Below, one piece after another: positions 1 through 14,975 of a DNA stretch of 64,000 bases. The stretch comes from Octopus bimaculoides. Taxonomy: Eukaryota. Each line of letters begins with the position of its first letter. Within the stretch, counting starts at the first letter, position 1. Made by a program: the position numbers and the translations under genes. The notes below the pieces were generated by a model. It ran no database searches, was not told the origin of the DNA, and saw only the letters and a list, made by a program, of their open reading frames with translations. The stretch covers positions 46,023,220 to 46,087,219 of the forward strand of contig NC_068993.1 of NCBI RefSeq assembly GCF_001194135.2, in the 5' to 3' direction.

Positions 1-47
1 ATATATGTATGTATGCATGTTTGTACGCGCGTGCATGTATATATACT

Positions 48-94
<47 letters not shown>

Positions 95-2208
95 CTCTGT
101 GACGAAGGTCGAATCCAAGCTCAAAAGCAAAAATAATAGAAGTCAAATGGGAGCACACGGTGAACGTATTAGTTTGATGCTCAGTGAATGTTGTAGACGG
201 AAAAGCAAAAGGAAAAATACTACGTCGGATAGTTGAAGAATGTGGAGAGAAGAGGGGAGAAAAAGAGAGGATCGGAGAGTTAAAAAAAAAGCACGTGGGT
301 AGGTACACGGTAAAAAAAATTATTTGACCAGAGTTTAAGGAGAGAAACAATCGTAGTTTTCGTATGAAGAAGAATATTTGGCCATGTGTGAATGCGTGTA
401 TGTGAGGACATTGTATGTGAGCGAGTGTATATATATATATATACTGAACCAAAGAGAAAGTGACGTATAGCGTATGCTTTTGCGTCTATATTTACTTATA
501 TATATAATAATAATAATTTTCCAGAGGATATATCGAATTTGAAGTCTCTGTCTCTTTTGAATNNNNNNNNNNNNNNNNNNNNNNNNNNNNNNNNNNNNNN
601 NNNNNNNNNNNNNNNNNNNNNNNNNNNNNNNNNNNNNNNNNNNNNNNNNNNNNNNNNNNNNNNNNNNNNNNNNNNNNNNNNNNNNNNNNNNNNNNNNNNN
701 NNNNNNNNNNNNNNNNNNNNNNNNNNNNNNNNNNNNNNNNNNNNNNNNNNNNNNNNNNNNNNNNNNNNNNNNNNNNNNNNNNNNNNNNNNNNNNNATATA
801 TATATTGATAGATTTGTTGTATTATATGCGTAGATCCAAGTTGCTATGTGTGTGTGTTTGTGTGTGTCTGTGTTTTTTGTAGTACTCCTGCGCATATGCA
901 CAAAATGTGATAAGAAAGAATACATACGTACATCACACATAGTAGTCTAACAAATGACAAAAAATGTCTACTCTATCTACATTGTACTACAATCGATGAA
1001 TAGACAGTAATCATATGAAATTTAGTCGTCTAGAACATTCCCAGATGAAGTATAAATTTATATTCGAATATTATACGCCTTCAGTAAAATTTCGGTAAAT
1101 TCATAAGAGTTTCAAACCCTTGAGATTCTAATTAGTTTACCATGAAACTCACTTCATTCGACCACTGCATAAAAATCTCCCATCCTTCGAGTCTACGACA
1201 GATAGTATCTCACATTGTAATGCAAAACACGCTAAATGCATTTTTTATATTTTCTAATACTACTAGTATTGTAGCCCGTCCTTTTAAAACTAACCCCTTC
1301 GGTACAAAGATATACAATTCTTCTTCCTATTTTATTCCACCGATTTGTTATAGAAAGTTTCTAGTGTATAACATGTCCCATGAGAAAGGCATCCATAATG
1401 ACTGATAGGCTGTGCCAAAAGCACTGTGCAAAAATGTCTCATAACCATCTGCACTTTCATTACACCATCGACGACAAGCCCCAAACTTTCTGCTTGCACT
1501 TTGGCCAAAATCTTTATCTTTGCTTGGAGCAGTGTCATGGTTGGGAATTGTCCATGATATCCCTTTTTTTTGCGTTCTTCATTGGCAACGCCACCGCTAC
1601 TCGGATAACATAACAGGGAATGTTTCCAGCCTGTTGTCAGTTGTTATAGACTTGCACAATGAAAGGCAAGATCTTATCAGCAGATATCTCTAAAGATCAT
1701 AAGGAAATTAGGTAATTTGCTAGATGCGAATCTATGCAGATTACGTATACTTAATTGATGAATGAAAGAAAAATTTATATTAATATCTTAGTTCTAAATA
1801 AAATGCAAACCATACAAAAAATAAAAGGGAACGAAACGAAAAAAAAACTGTCTGAGAAACTCAGTTGACACTATTTAGGAAGAACAATATCAGCAGGATA
1901 GATATTCGACTGTGGGATGATGTTCGAGTCACCGTCTATTATTAACACGAGGTTTTCGGTTTCATAAGCGGTGAAAACAAAGCCAGGAGATGCCTGGAAA
2001 TTAATACAGCGCAGATATTATATTTATTAGATTCAGCAAGAAATATCTGGAAAGAGCTAAAAAATTATTTTCTACAAAAGGATCAAAATGTTCTTTAATC
2101 TTAACCTCGAGCTACAGTTCGAAAGGAAACAATTAAACCGGGAAAAACACTAATTCTGTATAACAACGGAAATATTAACAACAAAGACAACAATAACAAC
2201 AACAGCAG

Positions 2209-2239
<31 letters not shown>

Positions 2240-4490
2240 CGGTGACGCTGATGAACACGAAGAGGAGGAAAATGTAATGCTGATGAAATCGCGTGGAGCA
2301 TCCAATATTTAGCATACGTAGGCGGAAATGAGAAACTAACAACACTGTTAGATATTTAAATTCTTTGTTACTACAAAACCACCCGAGCACCAGTGTAGCT
2401 AGTTGTACAGTATGTGTACTGACTGCACTGTACTGACAAAAACATTAACGATATATAATATAGAGGATGACAGAACTGGTAGAGAGTGGGGAAAAATAGG
2501 CAGCTGTATTAGGCTACATCCCTTTACTGTCTTAGTTCGAACCTCTGTGATATCGTTTTTGCTTCTATCAATCTAGGATGCATGAAAAACTGTACTCATA
2601 AAATAGTACATTATTTCTGTAGTAGTATTGTCACAACAACGACTATAGAAAAAGTAAAAGTATTTAGTGATTTTTCTTTTCGATGTAAAAATATGTTTTA
2701 TTAAATATTACTTTACATTAAGGAATGGAACATACCGTTTCCTGGAATTCAGACCGTCTCATTGTCCCAGCAGACAAAATGGAATGGTATTGTCCCGCAA
2801 GATGGCGAGGGAAATGCGCTAGAACAGCCACTCTGACCCACGGGGAACGTACTAGCGGATAGCATTCTCGGTCCCGATAGCGATGAGCAGGGATATGGCC
2901 CTGAGTTGAGAACGCTGGAAGTCTCCACTGCCTCAGGTTTGAGCATAAACCTTACATAGAGTAACCGATACCTTCACAGTTTGCTTTTCTCACCCTGGCG
3001 GGCATCGGAGCCAAGGGTGGTATCTAAACACACCAAGTTGCCGTTGGAGAAAGTGTCACGTAGTTTGTGGCATCCCAAATAATGGGTCATTTGCCACGAG
3101 AATTTAAGGCTGTTTCAGCCATTTGGTTGTGTCCAATAGCTGTTATCTTATCTAGAAAAAGTGTAATCATTGCTGTATGTAGTATATATTGTTTTAATGT
3201 TTGATTCAGTCTTTCCAGCCACAATGTGCCCAAAGTGGTTGAAAAAGCATTGTTACTTTTAACCTATTTGAAAGGCATAATTGTTATGAATAATTGTAGT
3301 TAAAATTCGCTAAACCTAAACCACAAATGAAACCTAAACTGAATAAATAATAGTAGTTAGGCTCCTTACTTTTCAAAGCATCCATAAGAATATGTTATAG
3401 AAGGGGAGGGTGACAGCGAAATGAAGGGTAACACAGAAAGAAAGGAATGTGTGTATGAGACGTGTGGGCATGCTCGCATATCCGCGTGTGTGTGCGTGTG
3501 CGTTAGATTGAATAAAGTAACAGCTCACATACACATTCCTACATTCACACAAACACATGCACATATACAGAGAGAGAGAGAGAGAGAGACTTTATTTCAG
3601 ATAATTTATTTAGCTAAAGACCTTTATGCTCAGTTATCGGATGACGCCGAGGTTTTGAAATTACTTTGCAGTTATTAAGCTTTGATGAAATAAAACATCA
3701 TTCATGTCCCACGATCGATATATCTCTGATTGTTCCGATCCCGACAAAAAGACTTGCTTCTTGTGCTATAAATATAATTAAATATATAATATAAAATAGT
3801 GTAAGATATAATATTGGTTTTAAATGTTGGAACGAGGCCAGCAATTTCAGAGAAGTGAGCAACTCAAATGCTACTCCCTTTTTATCGGCGCCGGAAAGGA
3901 TGAAAGGCAAAAGTTGTTCTCGACGGAATTTGAACTCAGAACACAAACACAGACGAAATGCTACTAAGCATTTTGTCCGGCTTCCTAACGATTTTTGCAG
4001 CACGTCGTCTTTATTTAATGTATTATATTGATTTCGGGTTTTGACACAAGACCAGCAATATCGGAGATGGTGTTAAGTCGATTACATGGACACCAGTGCG
4101 CAACTGGTACTTATATTATTGACCATGAAAGGGAGGGAAGCCAAAGTCATGACCCGGGGAATTTGAAGTCAGAACTTAAGCATCTTTCCAGGCGACTCCA
4201 ACGATACTTCCTGCTCGCCGACTTAAATGCAATGTATGATACCAAAGTTGATATGTAAAAGAAACAAACATCAAATACAGCAAGACGAATAAATAAACAG
4301 ATCAACAGATCAGGAAAAAAAGAACAACCAAATCTCCCTCAAAGCATACCAGGCTTAGATACATAAGCGACAGAGTTGACAAAACACACAAACACATGTA
4401 TACAGACGAGATGGTCTCAGTTAGAATGCATCTGATCATAAATGTGCTCGATCCATTTTGAGCTAGGTTTCAGAGACAAAATCAATAAGT

Positions 4491-4896
4491 AGGCGTAGGA
4501 GTGGCTGTATGGTTAGTACCTTGCTACCAAACACATGGTTCCGGGTTCAGTCCCACTGCGTGGCACTTTGGGCAAGTGTCTTCTATTATAGCCTCAGGAC
4601 GACCAAAGCCTTGTGAGTAGAATTGGTAGATGGAAACTGAAAGAAGCCCGTCATATACATGTATAGATATGTATATCTATGTGTGTATATATGTTTGTGT
4701 GTCTATGTTTGTCCCCCTAACATTGCTTGACAACCGATGCTGGTGTGTTTACGTCCCCGTTACCTAGCGGTTCGGCAAAAAAGACCGATAGAATAAGTAC
4801 TAGGCTTCCAAAGAATAAGTCCTGGGGTCGATTTGCTCGACTAAAGGCGGTGCTCCAGCATGGCCACAGTCAAAAGACTGAAGCAAATAAAAGAGT
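4491..4896 (+). mobile_element. Full-length tRNA-derived SINE (family A) with internal microsatellite
   Basis: A box tggctgtatggt, B box ggttcagtccc, central cttgggcaagtgtcttctattatagcc, internal (TA/TG) tract, and tail taaaggcggtgctccagcatggccacagtc...aaagagt. Confidence 0.9.
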
Positions 4897-5707
4897 AATT
4901 ATATGCTAATTAAATAAAAGCAACAAAGTAAAACAACAACAACAACAACAACAACAAGAGCAGCAGCGGCAACAGTTGATGCATGCAAAAACTGAAGGAG
5001 GAAGATATATGATCGATGTGAAGTTTTATTCACAGTCTAATGAACAGTACTTGTAACTTTCTCTTATGTTTCACTATATGAGAGATGTTTATACGAGGAT
5101 ATCGTTACACAGTGATATGTTCGCATGCACGACTTCATAGTCACAAACATAATGACTGAAATGAAAATGAAAAACGAAAAGCAAAAAAAAAAAACACATA
5201 TATGCGTTTCTATGCTTGTGTATGTATCTCACCCACTCACCGCTCCATCATCCCTTCTTGCAATATGCGTGCGTAAACACACACACACACACACACACAC
5301 ACGCATATGTATGTATATATTATATATATACATGCATATATATATGTGTATATATATAAATATATATGTATATATATATTATATATACATACACATACAT
5401 ATATGTTTGTTTATGTATGTATGTATATACTTATATATATGTATATGTATGCATATATGTATATGTGTGTGTATGTATATCTCTGTGTCTGTACATTCGG
5501 ATACACACATACACCCCCACCACCCACACATATCTTTGACCAAACCTACCACCTTATATGGCTACGCTCTCATTAATGGTGGTTCCTGTAAATCTCCTAT
5601 ATTTATTTATTTATTTATTTATAAATCTGGATCCAGTGTTGTTCCCGCTGCTATGCACACATTCATACAATCAAACCTATTATTTACAGTCTTCTATCGA
5701 TATAATG

Positions 5708-5746
<39 letters not shown>

Positions 5747-7565
5747 NNNNNNNNNNNNNNNNNNNNNNNNNNNNNNNNNNNNNNNNNNNNNNNNNNNNNN
5801 NNNNNNNNNNNNNNNNNNNNNNNNNNNNNNNNNNNNNNNNNNNNNNNNNNNNNNNNNNNNNNNNNNNNNNNNNNNNNNNNNNNNNNNNNNNNNNNNNNNN
5901 NNNNNNNNNNNNNNNNNNNNNNNNNNNNNNNNNNNNNNNNNNNNNNNNNNNNNNNNNNNNNNNNNNNNNNNNNNNNNNNNNNNNNNNNNNNNNNNNNTAT
6001 ATAAGTGTGTTTATATATATATATATCTTAGAGACAAACTTGAGCTGAGATGTGCATACACACACACATACATTTATACCTATATGCATGCATACATACA
6101 TACACATAAATCTATCTATATATATACATATACATGTACATGCACATGCATATATATAGATAGATTTATGTGTCGGTATATATGTATGTGTGTGTATGCA
6201 TATCACAGCTCAAGTTTGTCTCTAAGATGATTTTCTTTCCATTAATCAGCTCTCATTGTAAGAAGCTTCTATCGTATATCCACACTCATGAAACTAGTTA
6301 TATGTGATACGTCATTTGAATCGTGTGTACACGTGTACGTGTGTGTGTCTGTGTGTTTGTGTGTATGTGTGTGCAAACAATCGTACGTGTATGCATATGT
6401 ATTTTTGCGTATATATTCATGAAGTCTCTCTGGGTTTAAGGATTCTTGATTCAAGAGGGTGTTAGACATTGAGTATGATGTTATGTACTGCATTAAAGGA
6501 ATACTGCTGTAGCCAGGTGTTTCGCTCTGTGGTATAAGAAGAAAATACTTAGTTTGGTATATGGTATATGCTGGTCACTTGCAATGCAGTTTAATTCACT
6601 AATATGAACTAAAATAATTGGGTATTTTATAAAGGATACCATGCGTTTAACTACTTTCCTCGAAAAGCTTTGTGAGACCTCGAATGGATGTATGGCAAAT
6701 GTTACCTCGATAGTAAGAATGCAAAGAGCTTAAATGCCGTTAAGCATTGTGCCGAACCGTCTAATGAGTCTGCCAGTTAGCTGTCTTGATAAAATATGTA
6801 ACTCATTCTACTATAGTTACAAGGGCTGAAATGTAGGAGCCATAGTAAATTAAATCGACCACTGTGTTTGGTTGCTACTTATTTCATCTACCCAAATGAA
6901 AAGAAGGTAGAATCAACCTCAGCGAAATCTGAACTCAGAACGTAAATTAATGACACGAAAAAGAAAATAAAAATGAATAAATAATACTGTTGAGCATTTT
7001 TGTGGTGTCACTAACGACTGTACCAGAGCGCTGCCTCATGTAGAGATATAATATATAATGAGATGAAAACCCATTCAATAAACAAAAATAATTTCAGCTG
7101 CTAGAATTTATACAAAGGGTAGTGAAAGTTCTCGTTGGTAAACAGTTTTAAGAATGATATTTTGTTTGACGTCAGATTTAACGAGAATGCAGTACTGGCA
7201 ATAATTATTATTTGATGGATTATTGATAAATTTGGGAAATTGCCAAAAAAAAATTACAGTACAATAATGCTAGTGTTAACAAAAGAGAAAAAAATAGAAC
7301 GAAACTATTAACATGAAGAGAAGAAAAGTGTGTACATTGGTAACTAAAATATACATATGAAAAAAATAATGAAAGTATATATTATAAATTTGCGAAAAGG
7401 AAATAGCATGAATTACAAATGATATGTGCATAAATGTGTCTTTAAACAATAGTACAGTAATAATATTCGAATGTGTGTATGTGTGTGTATATATATACGC
7501 ATCTATATGTACACACATGAAGAGATATTTCGTTTTTTATACATACACACACACATATATATGTA

Positions 7566-7626
<61 letters not shown>

Positions 7627-8521
7627 NNNNNNNNNNNNNNNNNNNNNNNNNNNNNNNNNNNNNNNNNNNNNNNNNNNNNNNNNNNNNNNNNNNNNNNNNN
7701 NNNNNNNNNNNNNNNNNNNNNNNNNNNNNNNNNNNNNNNNNNNNNNNNNNNNNNNNNNNNNNNNNNNNNNNNNNNNNNNNNNNNNNNNNNNNNNNNNNNN
7801 NNNNNNNNNNNNNNNNNNNNNNNNNNNNNNNNNNNNNNNNNNNNNNNNNNNNNNNNNNNNNNNNNNNNNNNNNNNNNNNNNNNNNNNNNNNNNNNNNNNN
7901 NNNNNNNNNNNNNNNNNNNNNNNNNNNNNNNNNNNNNNNNNNNNNNNNNNNNNNNNNNNNNNNNNNNNNNNNNNNNNNNNNNNNNNNNNNNNNNNNNNNN
8001 NNNNNNNNNNNNNNNNNNNNNNNNNNNNNNNNNNNNNNNNNNNNNNNNNNNNNNNNNNNNNNNNNNNNNNNNNNNNNNNNNNNNNNNNNNNNNNNNNNNN
8101 NNNNNNNNNNNNNNNNNNNNNNNNNNNNNNNNNNNNNNNNNNNNNNNNNNNNNNNNNNNNNNNNNNNNNNNNNNNNNNNNNNNNNNNNNNNNNNNNNNNN
8201 NNNNNNNNNNNNNNNNNNNNNNNNNNNNNNNNNNNNNNNNNNNNNNNNNNNNNNNNNNNNNNNNNNNNNNNNNNNNNNNNNNNNNNNNNNNNNNNNNNNN
8301 NNNNNNNNNNNNNNNNNNNNNNNNNNNNNNNNNNNNNNNNNNNNNNNNNNNNNNNNNNNNNNNNNNNNNNNNNNNNNNNNNNNNNNNNNNNNNNNNNNNN
8401 NNNNNNNNNNNNNNNNNNNNNNNNNNNNNNNNNNNNNNNNNNNNNNNNNNNNNNNNNNNNNNNNNNNNNNNNNNNNNNNNNNNNNNNNNNNNNNNNNNNN
8501 NNNNNNNNNNNNNNNNNNNNN

Positions 8522-8554
<33 letters not shown>

Positions 8555-9229
8555 TATATATTTATATATACCTGTATATACACATATATATAATGCGTAT
8601 ATATATATATGATTTTATACATGCTACAAAGAGTACTGCAGTAGAAACCCATCATTAGATAATTCGCTTCCAATGGCAATGGAAAAAATGTACACCGTCA
8701 ACATGAATATTATATCGTTTTTATATATCTACATTTATGCAGACTATTATCGTTGATTGTGCTGCAGTTACAGTAGCAATGGTTTTCATTATAGGTTTCA
8801 ATACCTTTTTTACTTATTTCGACTGATATTCTGCTCAAGTTGATCAGCAATAATACCAATACGACTTGTGTTATCCGTATTAGTATAAGTAGGGGGAGGA
8901 GAGAGAAGGATGAGAGTCCTGTTCTCTTTAAGATGCAGTTCCCTCAAATTAACTATTGACTTATGTCTTCTGTTTTTATTTCCGTATGTTGTGCATATTC
9001 GTCAATAGCAAAGTCGACATCAATAGACTTCAATAGAAAGATATTACGTCCATATTGCCTATAATGCAGTCAATAAGGTCATATACGCCATTATAGTCGT
9101 CAGTCCAGCAGACGAGATCTTTCAAGCTCTTACCATAAACTTAACAATAAGTGGAGTTGTTTTGTTTGTATATTTTTGTTCACTTTTAGTAGTTCAATTG
9201 AAATCAAATTATCACCATCAACAAACATC

Positions 9230-9270
9230 ATCATCATCATCATCGTTGTCGTCGGCACCTTCTTCTTCTA

Positions 9271-9321
<51 letters not shown>

Positions 9322-9510
9322 AATATTATTATTATCATTATCCGTCATCATCGTCGTCGACATCGTACACATATGCCCTCCCCTTCCTCCTCCTCGTCAT
9401 CATTATTATCTTCATCGTCAAAGTCATCGTCATCACCATCATTAACATCACCATGATCAGCACCAGTACCACGTCGTCGTCGTCGTCGTCGTCGTCATCA
9501 TCATCATCAT
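9230..9510. repeat. Compound trinucleotide microsatellites (CAT)n/(ATT)n/(GTC)n
   Basis: Read directly. Similar blocks occur at 14690-14750 (AGT), 18843-18930 (CAT), 29900-30055 (GTA/GCA/GTG), 43900-44110 (ATT/GTA), 57582-57700 and 58110-58226. Confidence 0.95.
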
Positions 9511-10089
9511 CATCATCACCACCAACTCCAGCATCCTACTTATCACCATCATAACCAACACCAGCACCACCACGAGCTGCATTTTCAGCATTATCAACAT
9601 TGTTATAACCGTAATGCTACCTATCAATACCTTACCTACAATAACACCAAATGCTGTATGTAGTCACAGCAAATTCGTAACTAGCTCGCTTGTTAGCTAG
9701 CAAGATATAAATCATACCGAGAGAGTTGCATTTTGAGAAGATTATACCTGTGACACAATTAGAGTGCTAAAAATCATAGGTACAAATGACTCTATAATTG
9801 CAGTTAGAGGATACAACCTACCTATAATATAATTCAGGCCATATGACTAGAAATATCAACGAAGGCAAATATATTGAAAATTTGGGTAATTAGTGTGTTT
9901 TTATTATTTCGTCTTTAAGACCACCTGGTGATAATTTCGGATAAATTTCTTTAAGTTGGATTTCGGTCCCACCAACGAACATATTGTTATCATTTGATAA
10001 AAACTAGACACGACAAAAACTAGACATATATATATACATATTTTTGTGTGCCACGTCAGGCTATATGCACCATTCTACAATACTCCACC

Positions 10090-10690
10090 TGCATCTAATG
10101 ACGAGTACTGCTTCACTGACCTGGGCCAACTTCAAGACACCTCCTTCTGTTGTTCTCTGCCCTCTAACCCTACGGCTAACTACTAACCCACTGTGTCTTT
10201 CACTATCCATGACCTCATCTCCTCCTCCCATCTCCCTACCACCGCCTCCAATCTCATTCTCCGCACTCCACGCATCCCACCATTTACTTCTTTCTACAAA
10301 TCCACAAGCCTCACAGACCTGGCCGACCCATCATCTCCATCTGTAAACTGCCCCACGGAAATGATATCAAAATACCTCGACCGTGTCCTTACTTTCCCTG
10401 CTACATCCACGACACTAACCACGCCCTCCGTCCCTTCAACTCTTTTTCCTTCCTACCTTGCCCCTCTAAACTTCTCCTCACTCTTGATAGAAAGAGTCTA
10501 TATACAGTGATCCCACACAACGAAGGACTTCTTGCACTCAAATATTTCCTATACTTATGGCCCTACCGCCAGCCTGCGACTGGCCGAACTTGTTCTCTCC
10601 CACAACAGCTTCTCTATCGCGTGCGGTTTTTACCAAAAGTTCTCGGGAGTGGCCATGGGAACGACAACGGGTCTCAACTCTGCGAACCTG
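10090..10690 (+). mobile_element. Penelope-like element reverse transcriptase fragment (Neptune-like), frameshifted
   Basis: Motifs across frames: KIHKP.RPGRPIIS.CNCPTEMISKYLD, YIHDTNHAL, LTLDRKSLYTVIPHNEGLLALKYFL, LRLAELVLSHNSF, GVAMGT...NSANL. These are diagnostic of PLE RT. Confidence 0.88.
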
Positions 10691-12509
10691 CAACAAACGT
10701 GTGTGTGTGTGTGTGGGTGGGTGTTTGGGCCTTTAATAGCCAGGGGTCAATTTCATTTCAATCGTAAAAAGGAATTCAAAGGAATTCAGCCACTCCCACT
10801 ACCTGTCTCTCTTTCTTTCTTACTTCCTCTCTCCCTTGCTTGACACACGCGTCAAATTTAAGTATCTTAATTTTTCCAACAAGATCGACGCTTCTTCAGT
10901 GGCTCAGTAGGCATAGATGTTGAGAAGTAGAAATACAACTTATAGGTGTTGGTTTCAAATCTCTTCCAGAAATTATAAATTTTTATTTAAGCAACAAATT
11001 CTTTCTCTTTAGCGTGAGACATGCGTCAGGTACGTACAAAAAGCAAATCGGCATATTGATACTTGTTAAGATATTTAAGAATGCTGATCACTCTAGATAA
11101 TGTATACTAGGTCGTACATATTGGTTTCAAATTTTGGCACAAGACTAACTATGTTGGGTGAGGGTCAAGTCGATTACATCCACTCCAGTGGTCGACTGGT
11201 ACTTATGTTATCGACTCCCAAAGGATGAAAGGCAAAGTCGAACCCAGCGGAATTTGAACTGAAAACATTAAGATGGACGAAATACTGCCAATCATTTTTC
11301 CCGGCGTGTTGACGATTCCATCAACACGATGCTTTCTAAGCAGTATATATCGCTAAATGTTTACGGTAGCATTCTTTCTATGAGATAATATAAGAACGAA
11401 CGATAATTTGAATGTAATGTAAAATCACAGATTAATGTTAGTGCAGAAAGAGCGAGATCATGCGAGAGAGAGAGAGAGAGACAGAGAGACAGAGAGAAAG
11501 AGGAGGAAGAGAGACCGAGAGAAAGAGAGATTTTAGATACAGAAATTTGAGTTGTAAAGAATCATATCAAAGAATTTAAGCATTCAAAGAAAATATAATA
11601 TAAAATACTAAAGTCCTTCCTTGGCGAATTCAAAATATTGAACAAAGGATTTTAGTCTACGAAAGAACAAAACTACAAACGTTCTCTCTCTGTGTAGATT
11701 AATCAGTGCATACAGAAATGGCTCATGTTTTCTACACATCTACACAGATCAAAAGCAAGCGGGTTTTACGAATAAACAAACGAGGATTGAAATAACGAGA
11801 ATGTTAAGCCTATTGCCAAACAATGGAACCATTACTAGAACCAAATAGTGAGCTATGAAAGGGAGCACATCAAAAGGTTTAAACGGTTTACACAAATGAG
11901 TACAGCATATTGTATATAATGGTAATAAATAATCAAACACTGTTTGTATTAAGAGAAAACCAAATGTAAATCCCCTCCTCTAAATATCAAACCGAAATAT
12001 CTTCCGGGTATTAATGGATTACAAGAAGAAAGACTGACCTCTAACCACTAGAGTATAACTTATAGAATATGCTGTATTGCTGAGAACTATTCTGTAGAAT
12101 AGATTTTAGAAGCTAAGGACTGTTTAACGGTTGAGAGTTACAGCAACGGCAACAGAAGTCATAATTTTTGGTTAACATGTTTCTACCATTGATGTAAAAC
12201 GTACTTGATCGAAAGCGTTAAACAATTTTATGCAGATACGTTTATTATTTTATTTTATTTCTTTCTTTAAGTCCTTCGACTGCGACCGGGTAGGGACTCA
12301 GCTATGGATGGTTGAGTGGAACGAATCGACTTCAGTTGTAATTCTTTTAATGTCTGGCATTTATTCTTATTGACACTTAAGTCGAATCGCTAAGTTACCC
12401 GGATGTGAACAAATTTACATCGGTCGTTAATTGATGCGAAGACTAACAGACACGTACAAAGACATATACATACATATGTACGTACGTACGTCTGTCTATG
12501 TGCATGCCT

Positions 12510-12563
<54 letters not shown>

Positions 12564-14696
12564 NNNNNNNNNNNNNNNNNNNNNNNNNNNNNNNNNNNNN
12601 NNNNNNNNNNNNNNNNNNNNNNNNNNNNNNNNNNNNNNNNNNNNNNNNNNNNNNNNNNNNNNNNNNNNNNNNNNNNNNNNNNNNNNNNNNNNNNNNNNNN
12701 NNNNNNNNNNNNNNNNNNNNNNNNNNNNNNNNNNNNNNNNNNNNNNNNNNNNNNNNNNNNNNNNNNNNNNNNNNNNNNNNNNNNNNNNNNNNNNNNNNNN
12801 NNNNNNNNNNNNNNNNNNNNNNNNNNNNNNNNNNNNNNNNNNNNNNNNNNNNNNNNNNNNNNNNNNNNNNNNNNNNNNNNNNNNNNNNNNNNNNNNNNNN
12901 NNNNNNNNNNNNNNNNNNNNNNNNNNNNNNNNNNNNNNNNNNNNNNNNNNNNNNNNNNNNNNNNNNNNNNNNNNNNNNNNNNNNNNNNNNNNNNNNNNNN
13001 NNNNNNNNNNNNNNNNNNNNNNNNNNNNNNNNNNNNNNNNNNNNNNNNNNNNNNNNNNNNNNNNNNNNNNNNNNNNNNNNNNNNNNNNNNNNNNNNNNNN
13101 NNNNNNNNNNNNNNNNNNNNNNNNNNNNNNNNNNNNNNNNNNNNNNNNNNNNNNNNNNNNNNNNNNNNNNNNNNNNNNNNNNNNNNNNNNNNNNNNNNNN
13201 NNNNNNNNNNNNNNNNNNNNNNNNNNNNNNNNNNNNNNNNNNNNNNNNNNNNNNNNNNNNNNNNNNNNNNNNNNNNNNNNNNNNNNNNNNNNNNNNNNNN
13301 NNNNNNNNNNNNNNNNNNNNNNNNNNNTATATATATATATATATATGTGTGTGTATGTATGTATGAAAAAAAATTCTACGCAGCTTCCACGTTCAAAACG
13401 CTTAAGAATGGGTCAGCAGTATGGGGCTCTAAAATTAGAAACTTGCCCAAGGTACTGCGCAGTGAGATTCAACATGAAACTGCTTGCAAAATGAACTTGA
13501 TGTGCCAATGAATGCATGTGGTTTTGTAAATTATTTGGAATCTGCATCACTGAGTAACAAAACTCATCTCTACAATTTCGATGACAAAACAGAACAATTG
13601 CAAGTGCTATGAGAGAAAATATTCGTATATTTATGCGCATGTGTAGGCGTATATGCATTTTGTATACATTTGACGCGAATGTGTTAGCGTGTGCATATAC
13701 ATATGTATATTTGTACAAAAATACAGAGTACTTTGGTGATTTGTTCGTTCCCTAAGGCGGTGAGTTGGTAGAATCGTTAGCAGGTCGAAGAAGGTGTTTA
13801 GCAGCATTTCTTTCATGCATTTATGTTCTGAGATCGACTTTGACCTTCATACTCTCGGCTTAGATAAAATAAGCACTAGTTGAGCCCAAGGAAGGGTCTT
13901 AACTACTACCCCTGCGATTAAATTTGCTGGACTTCTGCTTAAAATTTGAAACCGTTTCTAAAGAGCTCCCTATGAGCTCTCACTGTGTAACTATTTAATG
14001 AAAGGCATTCCTCTCATGATCATCCTGTATTTCTTCAATGTGTAGGGTACCTAAAAGTACATTATTCGATTTGTCGTTCATTATTCGATTTGTCCAACCC
14101 TATGTGCATAATCCTTTAACCTAATCCTTTAACGTAATCCTTTAATACATTGTAGCAATGATCATTTCCTACTGTTTTAAGGTATGCTATATTTAAGACT
14201 ACATTATTCAATGTCTTTTCTTTAATGAGAGAACCGAGTACGATCTGACTGGTCGTTAGGCTGCTACTCTTTAAGGAGTCTACATTGATCCGACTATTAC
14301 ATGGTTAAATTGATATGAAAATCTGTGCAACGAAATAAAATGAATGAATCATGAATTTGAAATAAAACAGGAGCTAACGAACGTAATTTTAATGCAATAC
14401 ATTTAGAAGCGGAGCTTACAAATCTGATGTTGATAGAACTGTAATGTAATGATATAATAACTGTGTGGGCAGCAGAAGGCTGGTTAATTACCTGTTAAGG
14501 AAGCAGAATGTGTCTAGATAATAAAATATTATAGTGAGATCAGATCGAAAGAGGTTGGGATGCGTTTGGAAGGGTAGAGTTGGAATGGCGGAATACCGGT
14601 GAAATGTACTATAATGTCCTATAGTGTCCGATGCGTCAAAGAAAAAAGACATGTTGAAATTAAAGTAATAGTATAAGTTGTATCAGTAGCAGCAGC

Positions 14697-14750
<54 letters not shown>

Positions 14751-14893
14751 GGCGGTGATAGTTGTGATGGTGTGGCTGGTAGTGTTGTTGACAGTGGAGA
14801 ATGTGATTATTCATGCCTTAACTATCTTTCCCCGACCTATATACATGTACACATATACACACTTACACATGTACATAATATACATGTATGTGC

Positions 14894-14975
<82 letters not shown>

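Noticed and set aside
1330-1620. Cys-containing reading frames (CRRWCNES…) suggestive of a retroelement zinc knuckle
   Set aside because: Motif spacing does not fit CCHC convincingly, so the region is left unassigned.
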